Origin: Gekko japonicus
Taxonomy: Eukaryota
DNA: 64,000 nucleotides
Direction of reading: 5' to 3'
NCBI RefSeq assembly: GCF_001447785.1
Contig: NW_015174860.1
Span: 810,081 to 874,080 of the forward strand
In this document: positions 1 through 12,700 of the stretch, one piece after another
How positions within the stretch are numbered: position 1 is the first letter of the stretch
Layout of the letters: every line of letters begins with the position of its first letter
Program-made: the position numbers and the translations under genes
The notes under the pieces: generated by a model
What the model was told of the DNA's origin: nothing
Seen by the model: the letters and a program-made list of their open reading frames with translations, nothing else
Databases searched by the model: none

Positions 1-388
1 ATCAGCATTTCTCTGGGTGTGTAAAAAAAGGCCCACAAGAACTAATGCAACACTTCCTGCTCTTCCTCTCTTCTACCTAAGTTCATGGAATCAGCATGGC
101 TGTCAGATGGCCATCTAACCTCTCTTTAAAAACCTGTTCCACTGAGGAACTGCTCTAACTGTCAGGAAGTTCTTCCTAATGTTTAGCCAAAAACTCCTTT
201 GATTTAATTTCAACCCGTTGCTTCTGGTCTGACCTTCTGGGGCAACAGAAAACAACTCCGTACCATCCTCTGTATGACAGCCGTTCAAGTACTTGAAGAT
301 GTTTATCATATCACCTCTCAGTCGGCTCCTCTCCCGGCTAAACGTGCCCAGCTCCTTCAACCTTTCCTCATAGGGCTTGGTCTCCAGA

Positions 389-598
389 TGTGCCCTCTAA
401 GCTGTGGAGTCTTGTGAGCAAAAATTCTACTTTGTGACCTACTGGCATTAAAGTTGTGGGCAAGCGATTTGGCTACTGCATAAATTAGTTTGCTCTGGAC
501 TCTGGAGCCATCCTTCCTGAGCTAAGACAAAAATGTGTGAGCTGAAGGCAAAAAAACTATGGGCTAGCTCACACTAATTCATCTTAGAGGGAACGTTG
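389..598. mobile_element. Non-autonomous hAT-like MITE inserted in CR1
   Basis: TIRs tgtgccctctaag / cttagagggaacgttg; flanking duplication CTCCAGA at 382-388 and 599-605; CR1 is collinear across it. Confidence 0.75.
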
Positions 599-1497
599 CT
601 CCAGACCCCTCACCATCTTAATTGCCCTCTGAACATGTTCTAGCTTGTCTATATCCTCCTTAAACTGTGGCGCCCCAAACTGAACACAATACTCTAGGTG
701 AGGTCTAACCAGAGCAGAGTAAAGTGATACCATCACTTCCTGTGATCTGGACACAATACTTCTGTTGGTACAACCCAAAAAGGCACTTGCTTTTTAGCTA
801 CTGTCTACGCTAGATCCTTTTCTCACATACTACTACCACGTCAAGTCACCCCATCCTATAAAGGTTCATTTGATTTTTCCTACCTAAATGCAGAACTTTA
901 CATTTATCCTCATTGAAATTAATTTTATTTGTTTTAGCCCAATTTTCCAGCCTGTCAAGATCATCCTGTATACTTACTCTTGTCTTCTACTGTATTTGCT
1001 ACCCCTCCCAATTTTGTATCATCTGCAAATTTAATAAGCATTCCTTCTATTCTTTATAAAGATGTTGGACAAAACAGGTCCCAGGACAGATCCTTGAGGC
1101 ACTCCACTTGTCACTCTTCTCCAAGAGGATGAGGAACTATTCACAAACACTCTTTGGGTACAATCTGTCAACCAGTTAAAGATCCACTTAACAGTCATAG
1201 GATCCAAACCACATTTTACCAACTTGTCAACAAGACTACTGTGTGGAACCTTATCAAAAGCCTTACTGAAATCAAGATAAACTCTGTCTACAGAATTCCC
1301 CTGATCCAGCAAGGTAGTAACTTACTAAAAAAAAAAAAAGGCTAGTCTGACATGACTTGTTCTTGAGAAATCCAAGATTACTAACAGAAATCTTAGTAAT
1401 CACAGCCATCCTTTCTAAATGCTTGAGGACTGTCTGTCTGATGATTTGTTCTAAAACTTTCCCAGGTATAGAAGTTAAGCTGATGGGTTGGAAGTTC

Positions 1498-2173
1498 CAG
1501 GGCTTTTTTTGTAGAACAAGCCCAGCAGGAACTCATTAGCATAATAGGTCACACCCAACAACAGACACTCATTAGCATATTAGGCCACACCCTTGACAGC
1601 ACATCACATTAGCATATTAGGCAACACCAGGGGTCTTGTTGTAGAAAAAGAGCTGCCGGAGCTCATTAGCATAACTCATTAGCATAACTTATTTGCATAT
1701 GCCACGCCCCCTGACATCACCGGAAGTGACAGAAGGCCACACCCCCTGACATCACCGGAAGTGTGTCAGAAGGCCCGGCTACTTACCCTCCTGCTTCATC
1801 CTCATTCCCAAACGGAATGAGGATCGAAGCAGAGGGCGGGGTAAAGAAGGGGCGGGGCTTCACCACGTGACCGCCCCACCCCCTAGAGGTTCTCTTCCGG
1901 AGCTCCATACCTGAGAGCTCCCCCCCGACTAGAGCCCTGAAGATAAATGAAATGAAGGGATCACTGCAAAAGCATCTTTACAAAACCCAGAGTTATTTTT
2001 TTGTAGCAGGAACTCCTTTGCATGTTAGGCCACACACCCCTAATGTAGCCAATTCTAATGAGTTCCTGCTGCTGGGTGTGGCCTATTATGCTAATAAGTT
2101 CCTGCTGGGTGTGGCCAAATCAGGAGCCAGCCGGAACTCCGTTCCTGTGCGTTCCTGCCCCAAAATAGCCCTG
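1498..2173. mobile_element. Non-autonomous hAT-like DNA element inserted in CR1, probably with a related element nested at ~1628-1990
   Basis: TIRs CAGGGCTTTTTT / AAAATAGCCCTG; near-duplicated target GAAGTT(A)C; subterminal ATTAGCATA repeats. Confidence 0.75.
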
Positions 2174-4479
2174 GAAGTTACCCAGATCCTCCTTTTTTTC
2201 CCCTTCTTGAAGATGGGGACAACATTTGCCCACCTCCGATCTTCTGGCACCTCACCTGTTCTCCAAGAATCCTCAAAAATAGTGGATGGAGGCTCAGAAA
2301 TTACATCCATGAGTACCCCTATGCCGATCCTAGGCTGCAACTCCCTTCCCTCATCATGTGTTCTGTTTTTACCATGCTGAGTACCCTTTCCCTTGCAAGA
2401 GAAGACTAAGGAAAAATAGGAATTGAGCAGTTCTGCCCTCTTCATCACCTGTTACAATTTCACTTTCCTGTCCCCGTAGTGGGCCGACCATGTCCTTGCT
2501 CTTTTTCTTATTTTGAACATAAGTAAAGAACCCTTTTTTGTTTTTTTAGCATCTCTCACTAGCCTAACCTCACACCGAGCTTTAGCTTTCCTAACTCTCT
2601 AAGCACTGGTTATTTGTTTATATTCATCCTTGGTTATAAATAAAAATCAATATGCCCATTTTCTTTTGTTTTTGATTTTGAATGCATTATCATTGGCTTT
2701 ACTTGGCCTCATTTTTGTTGCTGTTGGTTGAAGATTCTTTTGTTTTTTATATGCCATGTAATTGCAACAAAACCAACATTAAAATGTGTTATTTTTTCAA
2801 TATTTTATGAAGGCATTAATGAGCAGCATTTAAAATAAATAAAACAACAGAGATAAAAACACACTTGCATTGAGGCAAATAATGTCATCAGTTCTAACTT
2901 TTTAACAAATTGAAGGGAAAAAAGGAAAGCTTCTTTCAAGGAAAATGTAACCAATCAAATTTAAAATTAATACAAGAAAAATAATTCAAGGTAGATGTTA
3001 AAACCAGAGACCAAGTATTCATTAATTGCTTGTTTCCAGTTAGCCCTTGAATAAGTTGTTACAAGTTTCATTTTTTTGTAATTGTCTCTGCTTATTTGTG
3101 CTAGTACATGCCTTCCAATATTTTGCAAGTAAGAGCCTCACTGCTGCAGTTAAATTTAAAATATTTAAATAAATATAAAAGTCCTGCAACATCTCAGGAA
3201 CCAGATGTTCAATAAAATTTAAAGGAACAAGTTTTGAATCAGGAGCGATTCTTAGTTACTGACAGTTACTCTCGGCCATGTTCCAAAAAAGTGACAGCTT
3301 TATCAAAGAACCTTTTGCTTGTGGTAGAAATCAGCTCTACTCTGATGGCAAAGCCAACAAGCCCCTGTCAATTGGACTGTTAATCTTAGTGATTTTTCAT
3401 GGGGTGTGATACCATTGTGTTGCTATTTTAAAGCAATGGTTTCTAATATGAAAACTCATTATTATTGTTGTTGTTATTAATTATTTATTTGATTTGTTAA
3501 TTGCCCTATCCCAGCTTACTCAGCTTAAAAACACAGACCCTTTTTAAACAAAAAAGACCATAATTTATAGGGCAGTTGAGAGCTGGGCAGTCCAGTCCCA
3601 AGATCCTGATTCCAGTACATTACTGGTACTGCTTGTCAGTCTCCTATGCCCACCCAATAGAGGAGATATACATGCAAAAATCCCTCCCCAAGGTGCAGAG
3701 AGTATAGCACTTGCACCAGAGTTGATATTAACCCCACTGCAAACCACCGAACACGGAGGAGCATGCCAGAACCTCACCCCACCTCCAGTGACAGGACACA
3801 GTCAACCAGCATGTGTTGATGCAGCCATGCCCCTTGATGTCAGGATGCTGCCATCCACTCACAGAACAGAATAAGGGAGAGAATGAAAGGAATATACAGC
3901 ACCTTCCACTGGAAAAAATGTATTGACATGATTAGGAGGAGCAGCAGAGTAGACACACTCGATGGAACTCTGCAGTTGTGGGTTCAAGTCTCCTCTTAAG
4001 AGCCCTATTCTTTTTTTGCCTGGCATCTTCATAGGAAAGGAAACATGGCTACTGCAGCCACAGTTCTCACATGTTTCTGCAGTTCACTCAACAAAGGCAA
4101 TCCTGATAGAACACCCAGGAGCTCTTCCAGGTAAAGCTTCAGGTTTAGGGGGAGGGGACTTGAGAGCACCAGCCTTTTCCCAGGTAAGGGGAATGTAGAC
4201 ATTGGGGTAGCAACAAGGAAACACACAATGGCACCTTCACAAAAGGTGTTTCTGCCTACTACCCAGAGGTTCACTGGGGAAAGGCAACCATGTGGCTGTC
4301 AGGGGCCATGGATTCAGATCCTGATAATGAGATCTGGGTAAGAAGGCAACAGGCTGAACAGCCGCAAAATACAGGCACAGTACTTTGCATTGACATATGC
4401 CCAGATATGCCAGCATATCTTCAAGATATGTTGGCATAGCGTTTAGTCACTATCCTAATCCCTTCAAAAATGGGGTTTA

Positions 4480-5110
4480 GGATTATGCTGTAATAACTCT
4501 CCTTCCCTTTTTTTGTAAGAATTATATGTTCATTTGAACCTAGCACTTTTTCCTATAAAGTAAATCAATATAAGATCTCAGCTCACACTTTTTCTTCTGT
4601 TCTAATAAAAAACTTCAGAACTGTAAATATTTGGAGTGGGTGATATGTTCCACTCCTATTTTTACTCCTGATTCATCATATAAGATTCTTTTGTCAATAA
4701 TTAGAACATTTTCACAATATCCTACATTGTGTTTTTCTCACCAATAAAAATGTGGATCCTGTATCTCACTTTGTGATTATGGGGGAATAAGGAATTATAA
4801 TTTATACCTGAACTTCTCATTCTATCATTTGAATACCGTGTTTGTTTTGTGATTTTTTTCATCCAAAACTGAGATCTTAAAGGAATACTAACATGCAGTT
4901 GGTCTACACCAAAAATTGCAGAGCTACCACCATCCCCCACAAAATTCCAGCGGCATGATATTGTGTATCAATATTCAATATTCTTAGTTGACCGTAAAAA
5001 GATAATTGAAAGGCAGACCACATAGACCAATCAGCCTTAATCTTCCTTATCAATGGCCGAGAAATATCTCTACACATTCTGATTATTACCTTCAATGCAA
5101 ATACCTGTGT
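4480..5110 (-). mobile_element. Old L1-like LINE ORF2 remnant
   Basis: Peptide PLIRKIKADWSMWSAFQLSFYGQLRILN resembles the post-RT segment of vertebrate L1 ORF2; AT-rich; may continue at ~6500-6900. Confidence 0.4.
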
Positions 5111-5133
5111 GTTATTACCACCAATGGCCTCCC

Positions 5134-6500
5134 TGTTGTTGCTGGAATTTAGATGTGTGGCAGGGTAGGCCAGAGGGGTACCAGGGATCACACACCTGTT
5201 TATACCAAGGTCCAGTACAGTAGGAAGATTCCAGATCTGGAGAGTAAATTAAATAGTTTTTATTGAAGAATTCCCCTAATTACAAGCACACTAAACATTC
5301 AAGAAAGAGCACACAATTGAGAACTAAGAAAACAGAGGTGATGACAGTGAATCGAACGGTCAGTTACAGGGGTCATATTACCTATCCAAATGTGCAGAGG
5401 TCCATGGAGAAGAGATTATGGCCCAAATAAAGTTTGGGGATGAACAGCCAGTCAGTACCCAGGCAGACACACAGTCGAGGCCATGTGCTTTGGTGGATAT
5501 AGACATGGGAAAACCAATGGGAGGTCTTGAGGGGCTTGTCTCAGGTGAAAAACAAAAGATTTCCTGGACCAATAAGGTGTCCAAGGTGGTGTGACACCAG
5601 GAGTGAAACCTAGGAGTGAGGTCCCAGAGGGGCAAAGTCTGGATTCACAATAGCGTTAATGAGAGTAGCCAGGTGCTAAATGGTTCTATTGGAGCTGGCT
5701 GCATGAGTTCAATGAAGAAGAAGAAGAAGAGATTGGATTTATACTCCACCCTTCACTACCCAAAGGTGTCTCAGAGTGGCTTACAAACTCCTTCCCTTCC
5801 CCTCCCCACAGCAGACACTCTGTGAGGTAGGTGGGGCTGAGAGAGCTCTTACAGAAACTGCTCTTTTTTCAAGAACAGCTGTGCCAGAACTAAGGCTTGC
5901 CCAAGGTCATCCAGCCAGGTGCAAGTGGAGGAGTGGGGAATCAAACCCGGTTCTCCCAGATCAGAGTCCGCGCACTTAACCACTACACCAAACTGGCGTA
6001 GGTTCAAGGCAGGTTGAATAGGCTCCCAGGTTTACACAAAAGGTGGGAAATGATTACCGTCAGGAAGGATTGTTAATAATTTGAATGATTGGTCTATCTT
6101 GGTATCCTGAGGGATGGGGCAGTTGTTTTAGACAAAAGAGTTTTCACATAGGTATAGGAGTCACACAAAAGGGACTACTTGCAAGTCTGGAGACAGAAAG
6201 GGCTATTCACCAGGTGGCCACTGAATAGCTTTAGAAATGTAGATACTGTACCTGGTGGAACCTGGCATTGTTTCATATGCATACCTTACTGGGTGGAGGG
6301 GAAAGACTGGAGATTACTTCAAAGGCTGCCTTGTGCAACCTGAAATGGAAACCCTTTCGCAGTGTTATGGCTAGCTCTGTGGCTTAGGCTAAGAATGCCT
6401 TCATTGGCCTGAATTTGTGGGTCTGTACTTCAGGTCAGAAGTGGGGTGCTCCACTGTTGGGGCTACCCAAGATTAAGCCTCTGGGCTACAGTGTCTAACA
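5134..6500 (-). mobile_element. Possible solo LTR containing a SINE
   Basis: TGTT...AACA termini, sharp compositional change, minus-strand AATAAA near 5260; no convincing TSD. Confidence 0.3.
5714..5997 (-). mobile_element. tRNA-derived SINE (Squam3-like)
   Basis: Minus-strand head GCCAGTTTGGTGTAGTGGTTAAG with A/B boxes and (TTC)n tail; similar to copies at 35852 and 48779. Confidence 0.88.
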
Positions 6501-6977
6501 AGGCTTGTACTCTTACTTGTGTAAAACAACATTTTTAGCTGAGATCTATGTATATTAAATCAAATAATATCAGTCCCCCCCCCAATCTTTGGTCTTTAGT
6601 AAGTGTTGAAGATGATTGCTAATTCAGTAGATAATGACATCATTCATATATATATGTATATGTATAATTTTTAAATGCTGATTTCCAATTTTATTGTCAT
6701 ACATATGTTTTTCTTTTGCATGACATACAGTACAAAATGTTCTGATGATATAGAAAATATTAAATCTGAAAGCGGACAACCCAGTTGTGTCTTTCTTTAC
6801 AAATTAATGCGTACTAAGAAGCATGCTAACTAAAAGTTTAGATTAATGGTTGGTAAATCTATAATATGAAACTAATTTAAAAATGATTTTCCAAAATCTA
6901 ACAAGTAAGGCATGAACAGGTCAGTTCTAATCTATCCGAGGCCTTTAGGGAATAGAAGAAAAGGAAGGAGCAACGGA

Positions 6978-7527
6978 TCAGGTTCAAGGTTTTGGTCTTG
7001 ACCTTTAAGGCCCTTAGCAGTCAGGGACCCACATTCCTTTGGGACCGCCTCTTGCAATATGCCCCAGAAGAGCGATACACTTAGGGTATAAGAACCTCCT
7101 AGTGGTCCCAGGCCCAAGGGAGATCCATCTGTCCTCAACTAGGGCCAAGGCTTTTTCAACCCTGGCCCCTGCCTGGTGGGACTTTCTGCCGGAGAACATC
7201 GATGCTCTGCAGGAATTACTACCTTTCCACAGGGCATGCAGGGCAGAGATGTTCCGCTGGGCATTTGGTTAAGGACAGTGACGGGACAGTATAAAATTTG
7301 GCACTCTCACACACACATCCTCCACCCTCCGTAACCCGTCCCCCCTAGGAGGCCTGTGGAAGCTGATTTTTTCCCCCTGCCATCTTGGAATGTGTATTGT
7401 TTTATCTGTTGATATGTTTTAGGTCTTTTAATGTCGGGTTTTAAATTGACTGTTTTTTGTATTTATTCCTGTTGTAAACTGCCCTGAGCCCTGGGGCGGC
7501 CTAATAAATCCAAATAAATAAATAAAG
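6978..7527 (+). mobile_element. L2 LINE 3' fragment
   Basis: RIRFKVLVLTFKAL and AFSTLAPAWW peptides; tgtaaactgccctgagcc followed by (AATA)n tail. Confidence 0.8.
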
Positions 7528-9651
7528 TAGAATGGATTTTTCTTTACCATTTTTTTGTAGGTAAATCAGCAATTATTTTATACCCAAGGTTAAGCAAGCA
7601 GGTGTGGTGGTGGAAACTTGTTAATATTCCCATCTTGCCTTATTTTGGGAGAGAGGACAACCCTGTCTTCTCTCCAAGAAAATTGTAATAAGATTTGACT
7701 TTGAGGTTGTTGTTTTTTAATCATTCAACACACTTTGCATGCCTTTTTGCTAAAAGTTTTCAAAGTTTGTCTCTAAAAAAAGTGTTTAATTTTAATGGTG
7801 AAAAATGGTGTGAGGGATGGTGTGAAAATAAAGACTCACAGGTTTGTTTCTCACAAGGGAGAAACAAAATTGAAATGGGGTATTTGAATCAAAGCATACA
7901 AAATGCTAGATCTTTCAAAGTCTAGTACTTGGCATAGATTCTCAACAATACTTTCATTACAAACTGGTTTCAGAATCTTTAGCCAGGATTATAGGAATAG
8001 GTTTGAAAATATTTGAAAATAGGCATGGAAATATTTTGCAAATTTTACAAAGGCTCTAGTGTTTGTTGCAGGAGAACCATAGCCTTTGGTTACAGCACAC
8101 TGCTGTTTTCAGCACTGCCTATTTCTTAACCATACATTTTAGTTTCTACTGCATATGTTCCTGCCAAAAATATGCAAAATCTGAAAAACCTCAGCTGTTG
8201 GAGTTTGAATGAAGTAGCCTTGCAGATGAGTAGAAAGCATTTATTATCCTATTTAAAAATCTAGCAGCTCAGCACATCTTCATATAAGTATTAATCCAGT
8301 GACCTGCTTGTAAAAGGCTGTAATAAACCATGCAAACTGGGTTACTTTATGTAAATAGGCCAAATTGACTTAAATGTTATTTTCTTTATAGATCCAGAGT
8401 TTTCCTGACACATTTTTAGATAAATAGAATAGAGCACAGGCAGCTTATGTATGGACTGGAGAAGGGCCCATGCTGAGCGACATATCCTCCCAAAACCCCA
8501 ATCCTTAATGGATGGTAATGTAGGCATGGCTTGATCTCTTCTTGTGCATCGCAATCATAATGGTAATCCCCCAGACAGGGAATCATTGCTGCATTATAGT
8601 CTCTTTTATACCAGACCCACCCTTCTGGAAGTGAAATATAGGCTCCTTTGAAAAGAACCCTGATTTTATATGGGTCTGCCATATATTTCTAATAAGTTTG
8701 TGTTAGGCTTCTTGGAGTCTGATGTGCAAAGAGCCAGAGAAGAAGAATGAAGCCTTTTTCTTTTCATTTGTGTTTGTTTTTTAGTTTCTTCTTCCTTCCC
8801 CACAAACACCTGCTCTTCCCAGACCCTCCACATAGGAAAGAAGCTTTTTCCTGTTCATGGTGTTCAGAGTTACTGTCCCAGGCGGGAGGATTGGCAACAA
8901 TTCCTCATACTTGTTGTGTTCCTACTTCTCCTCCTGGAATACCCTAAATTCTGGTTGTTTATGACCAGCACTCGCTGGCTGCCACTTCCACAGATGGACC
9001 AGAGTTGTGAAAACAGTCCCTGCCTCTGAATATTTTGTAAACTTACATTGGTTGACAGTGATTGGGGTTTTCCCCTGTGTTTCTGATCTGACTTCAGCCA
9101 ATACAGCAACGAACAAGGAAGTGGATGTTTATATCAGTTCATGTAATCCTGACTAAAATAGCCTGCCTTTCATATATTCTGTGAGCAGTTCTAGCAGCTG
9201 AGTTTGGAGGGACAGAGTTAAAGGAAGTTTCTCTACTTCTCTTATAAATCTGCATTAAATAGGGGGCAAAAGAGCCATCCTTCTGTAACTCTTTTGCCCT
9301 GATTGTAGGAGTGTTTAAAGAATATGAGCTGGAATACTTGCTCTCAGAGGTTCATCAAATCTGAAACATCTTTTTTAAAAAAACAAACTTAACGCCTGAG
9401 GTTAGGCTGGGGTGGCACCAGTTGGATTTTTAGTTGGATTTAATCTTGATGTGATTTCATTTTATTGGTTTATATGTTTTAAGGGATAGGGTGGGGGGGT
9501 ATTACATAAACTTTTCCAGCTGTTAATCCTTTGCTGTTTTCCCCCCCTTGATGGGCTGCTGCAGATTGGAATGAAAATGCCTGATCCTGTTGCTTAGCTG
9601 TATCTCTGTGTTAAGTGTCGCTCATAGTTGCTTTTTTCCTGTGTGTTGCAG

Positions 9652-9790
9652 CTGGGATGAGAGCAGCTCCATCAGCAGCGGCCTCAGCGATGCCTCGGAC
9701 AACCTCAGCTCAGAAGAATTCAATGCCAGCTCCTCGCTCAACTCCCTGCCTTCCACCCCCACAGCTTCCCGCAGGAACTCCACCATAGCA
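9652..9790 (+). CDS. NAV1: NAV1 exon (SWDESSS...RRNSTIA)
   Basis: ttgcag|CTGG ... AGCA|gtaagt; 139 nt, phase 2 to 0. Confidence 0.95.
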
Positions 9791-12700
9791 GTAAGTAGAC
9801 CTGAATTCTCAGAAGCCTCCATCATTTATGCAGTTATGGGCTTATGTGGAAGTGCAGAAAAGCTGGATGCAGTCCAGAAAAATTGCTGCCTCAAAACAGG
9901 CTAGTTTCCACAGGGAGATGATGAACATTCAGCACAAAAGTTCACCTCATGTTACAAGAGACGAAATGGAAGTCCCAAGTCATTCCACATTTCAGTCATG
10001 GTTACACAGTATGGAGTGCCTGCCCGGTATTCTGTCCCTTGACACAATTAGAATCAGCGCTTTTGGAACTGAGGCGTCTTTCATTTCTTTGTACAGAAGG
10101 TGTATATTGCAGCTCTGTTGAATCTGGGGAGGGCTGGAGGGTATTTTGGGTGAGGAAGACTGAGGTGCTGAGTTGACTGTGTCCCCTCTTGTATCTGCCT
10201 TGCAGCTGCGCACAGACTCAGAAAAGCGCTCACTGGCGGAGAGTGGGCTAAACTGGTACGGTGAGCCAGAGGAGAAAGCTCAGAAGAAGATGGATTATGA
10301 CAGCGGGAGTCTGAAAATGGAGCACAGTTCTTCCAAGTGGCGCCGGGAGCGCTCTGAAAGCTGCGATGAGGCTCCAGGAAAAGGAGGAGAGCTGAAAAAG
10401 CCAGTTAGCTTGGGCCCTCCAGGGTCCCTAAAGAAGGGCAAGACACCCCCTGTGGCTGTAACCTCCCCTATTACCCACACCGCCCAGACTCTCAAAGTGG
10501 CAGGTGAGGCTGGAATAATAGCAAAATCAAGTCTTGTCAGCAAGGCAAGGATGTGGCCATCTCCTTCACATTCATCTGAGACTTTAACCGCTGGTATATG
10601 AACAACTGCAGTCCATTAAGGAAGCCCAAAGTGTCACTGTTGCATCCCTGAGCTAAATATTTGGTTATGTTGTAGCCTCAAGACTCTTCCTAAGACTCTT
10701 CCAGCAGCTGTTCCACCTGATCAGATGTGGCTCCAAGTGCTGCCGATTGGCAGATGGAGCACCACCATTCTTTCCACCTTTTGTTCTGAGTGAGTGAAGC
10801 TCACTAGTACGAGATGTAGTCCCTGTATGCTATTCTTGCCACACCCAGAACCCTGACATCTTTGCATGCGTGCTGCTATCCATCACTTCCTGCTGCATTT
10901 GGGAGGCAGAGGGATGAGGGTCTGGTGGTCTTATCAACTTGTCTTCTAGCCTATGTGTGGTAGATTGAAGTTTTCCGAGCCAGATCTTTTTTTTTCTGTC
11001 AAGAAAGGAGGAGTTTTACAGTTATGCTGGTATAGCATGGGGAAGACTCTTTTCCTAAATGGCAGATGGAAGTCTAAATGCATGTATAACTGGTCCAATG
11101 AGGAATTCCTTTGTTCCATTTTTTAAAAATTCATTCACTTTTTGAAATATTTATGCCATAATAGACAACAAAAATTATATCCAAGTAATATAAAAGCAAA
11201 ATGTAGTTATACAATAAGCCAGTTAAGTTAGATCAAAATAAAGGTCTCTGGAAAAAAGTAAGTACAATGTAGAGACTTGTATTGACACTTGCACGGTGAC
11301 CTTGCACTGGCATCTTGATCCTGATATTACACTGGCCCTGTTGTGTTCCCTCTAACTTTACAGACCGGCAGTGGACTGAAGTAGGTACAACTCAGTCCAG
11401 GGGCCAGCTGTGCTGAATAAGTACTTTTGCAGTGCCATTCTGCGCAGAGTTGCATCCTTCTAAGCCCTTTCACTTTAATGGATTTAGAATGATGGAACTC
11501 TGCTTAGGATGGCACTGTTGGTTGTCTAAAAAAACTTCCTTTAGAAAATGCTATCTCGTGACTTTGTCTCTGCCCCCTCTTCCAGGTAAACCTGAAGCAA
11601 AAGCAACAGACAAGAGCAAGCTGTCTGTGAAGAATGCAGGCCTGCAACGCTCATCTTCTGATGCTGGCCGAGATCGACTTTCGGATGCCAAAAAACCTCC
11701 ATCTGGACTCACTCGGACCACCACCTCTGGCTCCTTTGGCTACAAGAAGCCACCGCCTGCAACTGGGACTGCTACTGTGATGCAAGCTGGTGGGTCAGCC
11801 ACACTTGGCAAGATTCAGAAGACCTCCAGTATCCCTGTCAAACCTGTAAATGGCAGAAAAACTAGTTTGGATGTTTCTAATGCTGGGGAACCTGGCTTCA
11901 TGGCCCCAGGAGCTCGCACCAACATCCAGTACCGGAGCCTGCCTCGCCCAGCCAAGTCTAGCTCCATGAGTGTGACTGGAGGACGCAATGGTCCACGGCC
12001 TGTAAGCAGCAGCATTGACCCCAGCCTCCTCAGCACCAAAGGGGGCATTTCTGTGTCACGGCTCAAGGAGCCCTCAAAAATTGGCACAGGCCGGAGTACA
12101 CCAGTGCCAGTGAATCAGACGGACAGAGAGAAGGAGAAGGCCAAAGCCAAGGCTGTAGCTCTGGACTCTGACTGTGTCTCACTGAAGAGCATTGGCTCCC
12201 CTGAAAGCACCCCCAAGGCTCAAAGTGGCCACCAGACGTCTGCCAAAGTGGCTGAGCTGCCACCAACACCACTCAGGTAGGAACAGTGCACATCTTTTAG
12301 CATCTCCCTGGTCAAGGAAAGCCCATAGCTGGACTTGCTTTCTCTGTTAGGATACAGCTGTCTGCCTCTATTCCACTAGAGGTCTGAGCTTCTTTTATGG
12401 GGATCGGAAATCTTCAGCATTACACACTGCAAGGTTATAATTAATCTGTCATGTTAAAAGGTGTATATCAGTGTTTTCTTATTGCCAGGATTCATCTATA
12501 CCTTAGGTTCCAAGTTGGGAGAGAATGTTGGGAAGGGGAACAGATTGTGCATATTGAAAGCCACAGTTCCTTGTATCTCCCAGAGCTCATGTCTGCATAC
12601 TGCTATTATAAACTTTTATTTAAAATAATCGTCTTAGGTCAGTTCTTAACAGCTTTAGTGGTTGGACTTCTAACATGAGCAGGGCAGTTACAAGAAAGTT

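Larger units (their letters stand above)
1..2600 (-). mobile_element. Degenerate CR1 LINE (ORF2 RT and 3' end), interrupted by two DNA elements
   Basis: Minus-strand peptides [57 protein letters not shown]; multiple frameshifts. Confidence 0.93.

Noticed and set aside
115-2448. Minus-strand ORFs with RT-like peptides as a protein-coding gene
   Set aside because: Frameshifted, interrupted CR1 ORF2 fragments.
8416-8682. 88-aa ATG-initiated minus-strand ORF (MADPYKIRV...)
   Set aside because: No recognisable homology, no splice or promoter support, and length within chance expectation.
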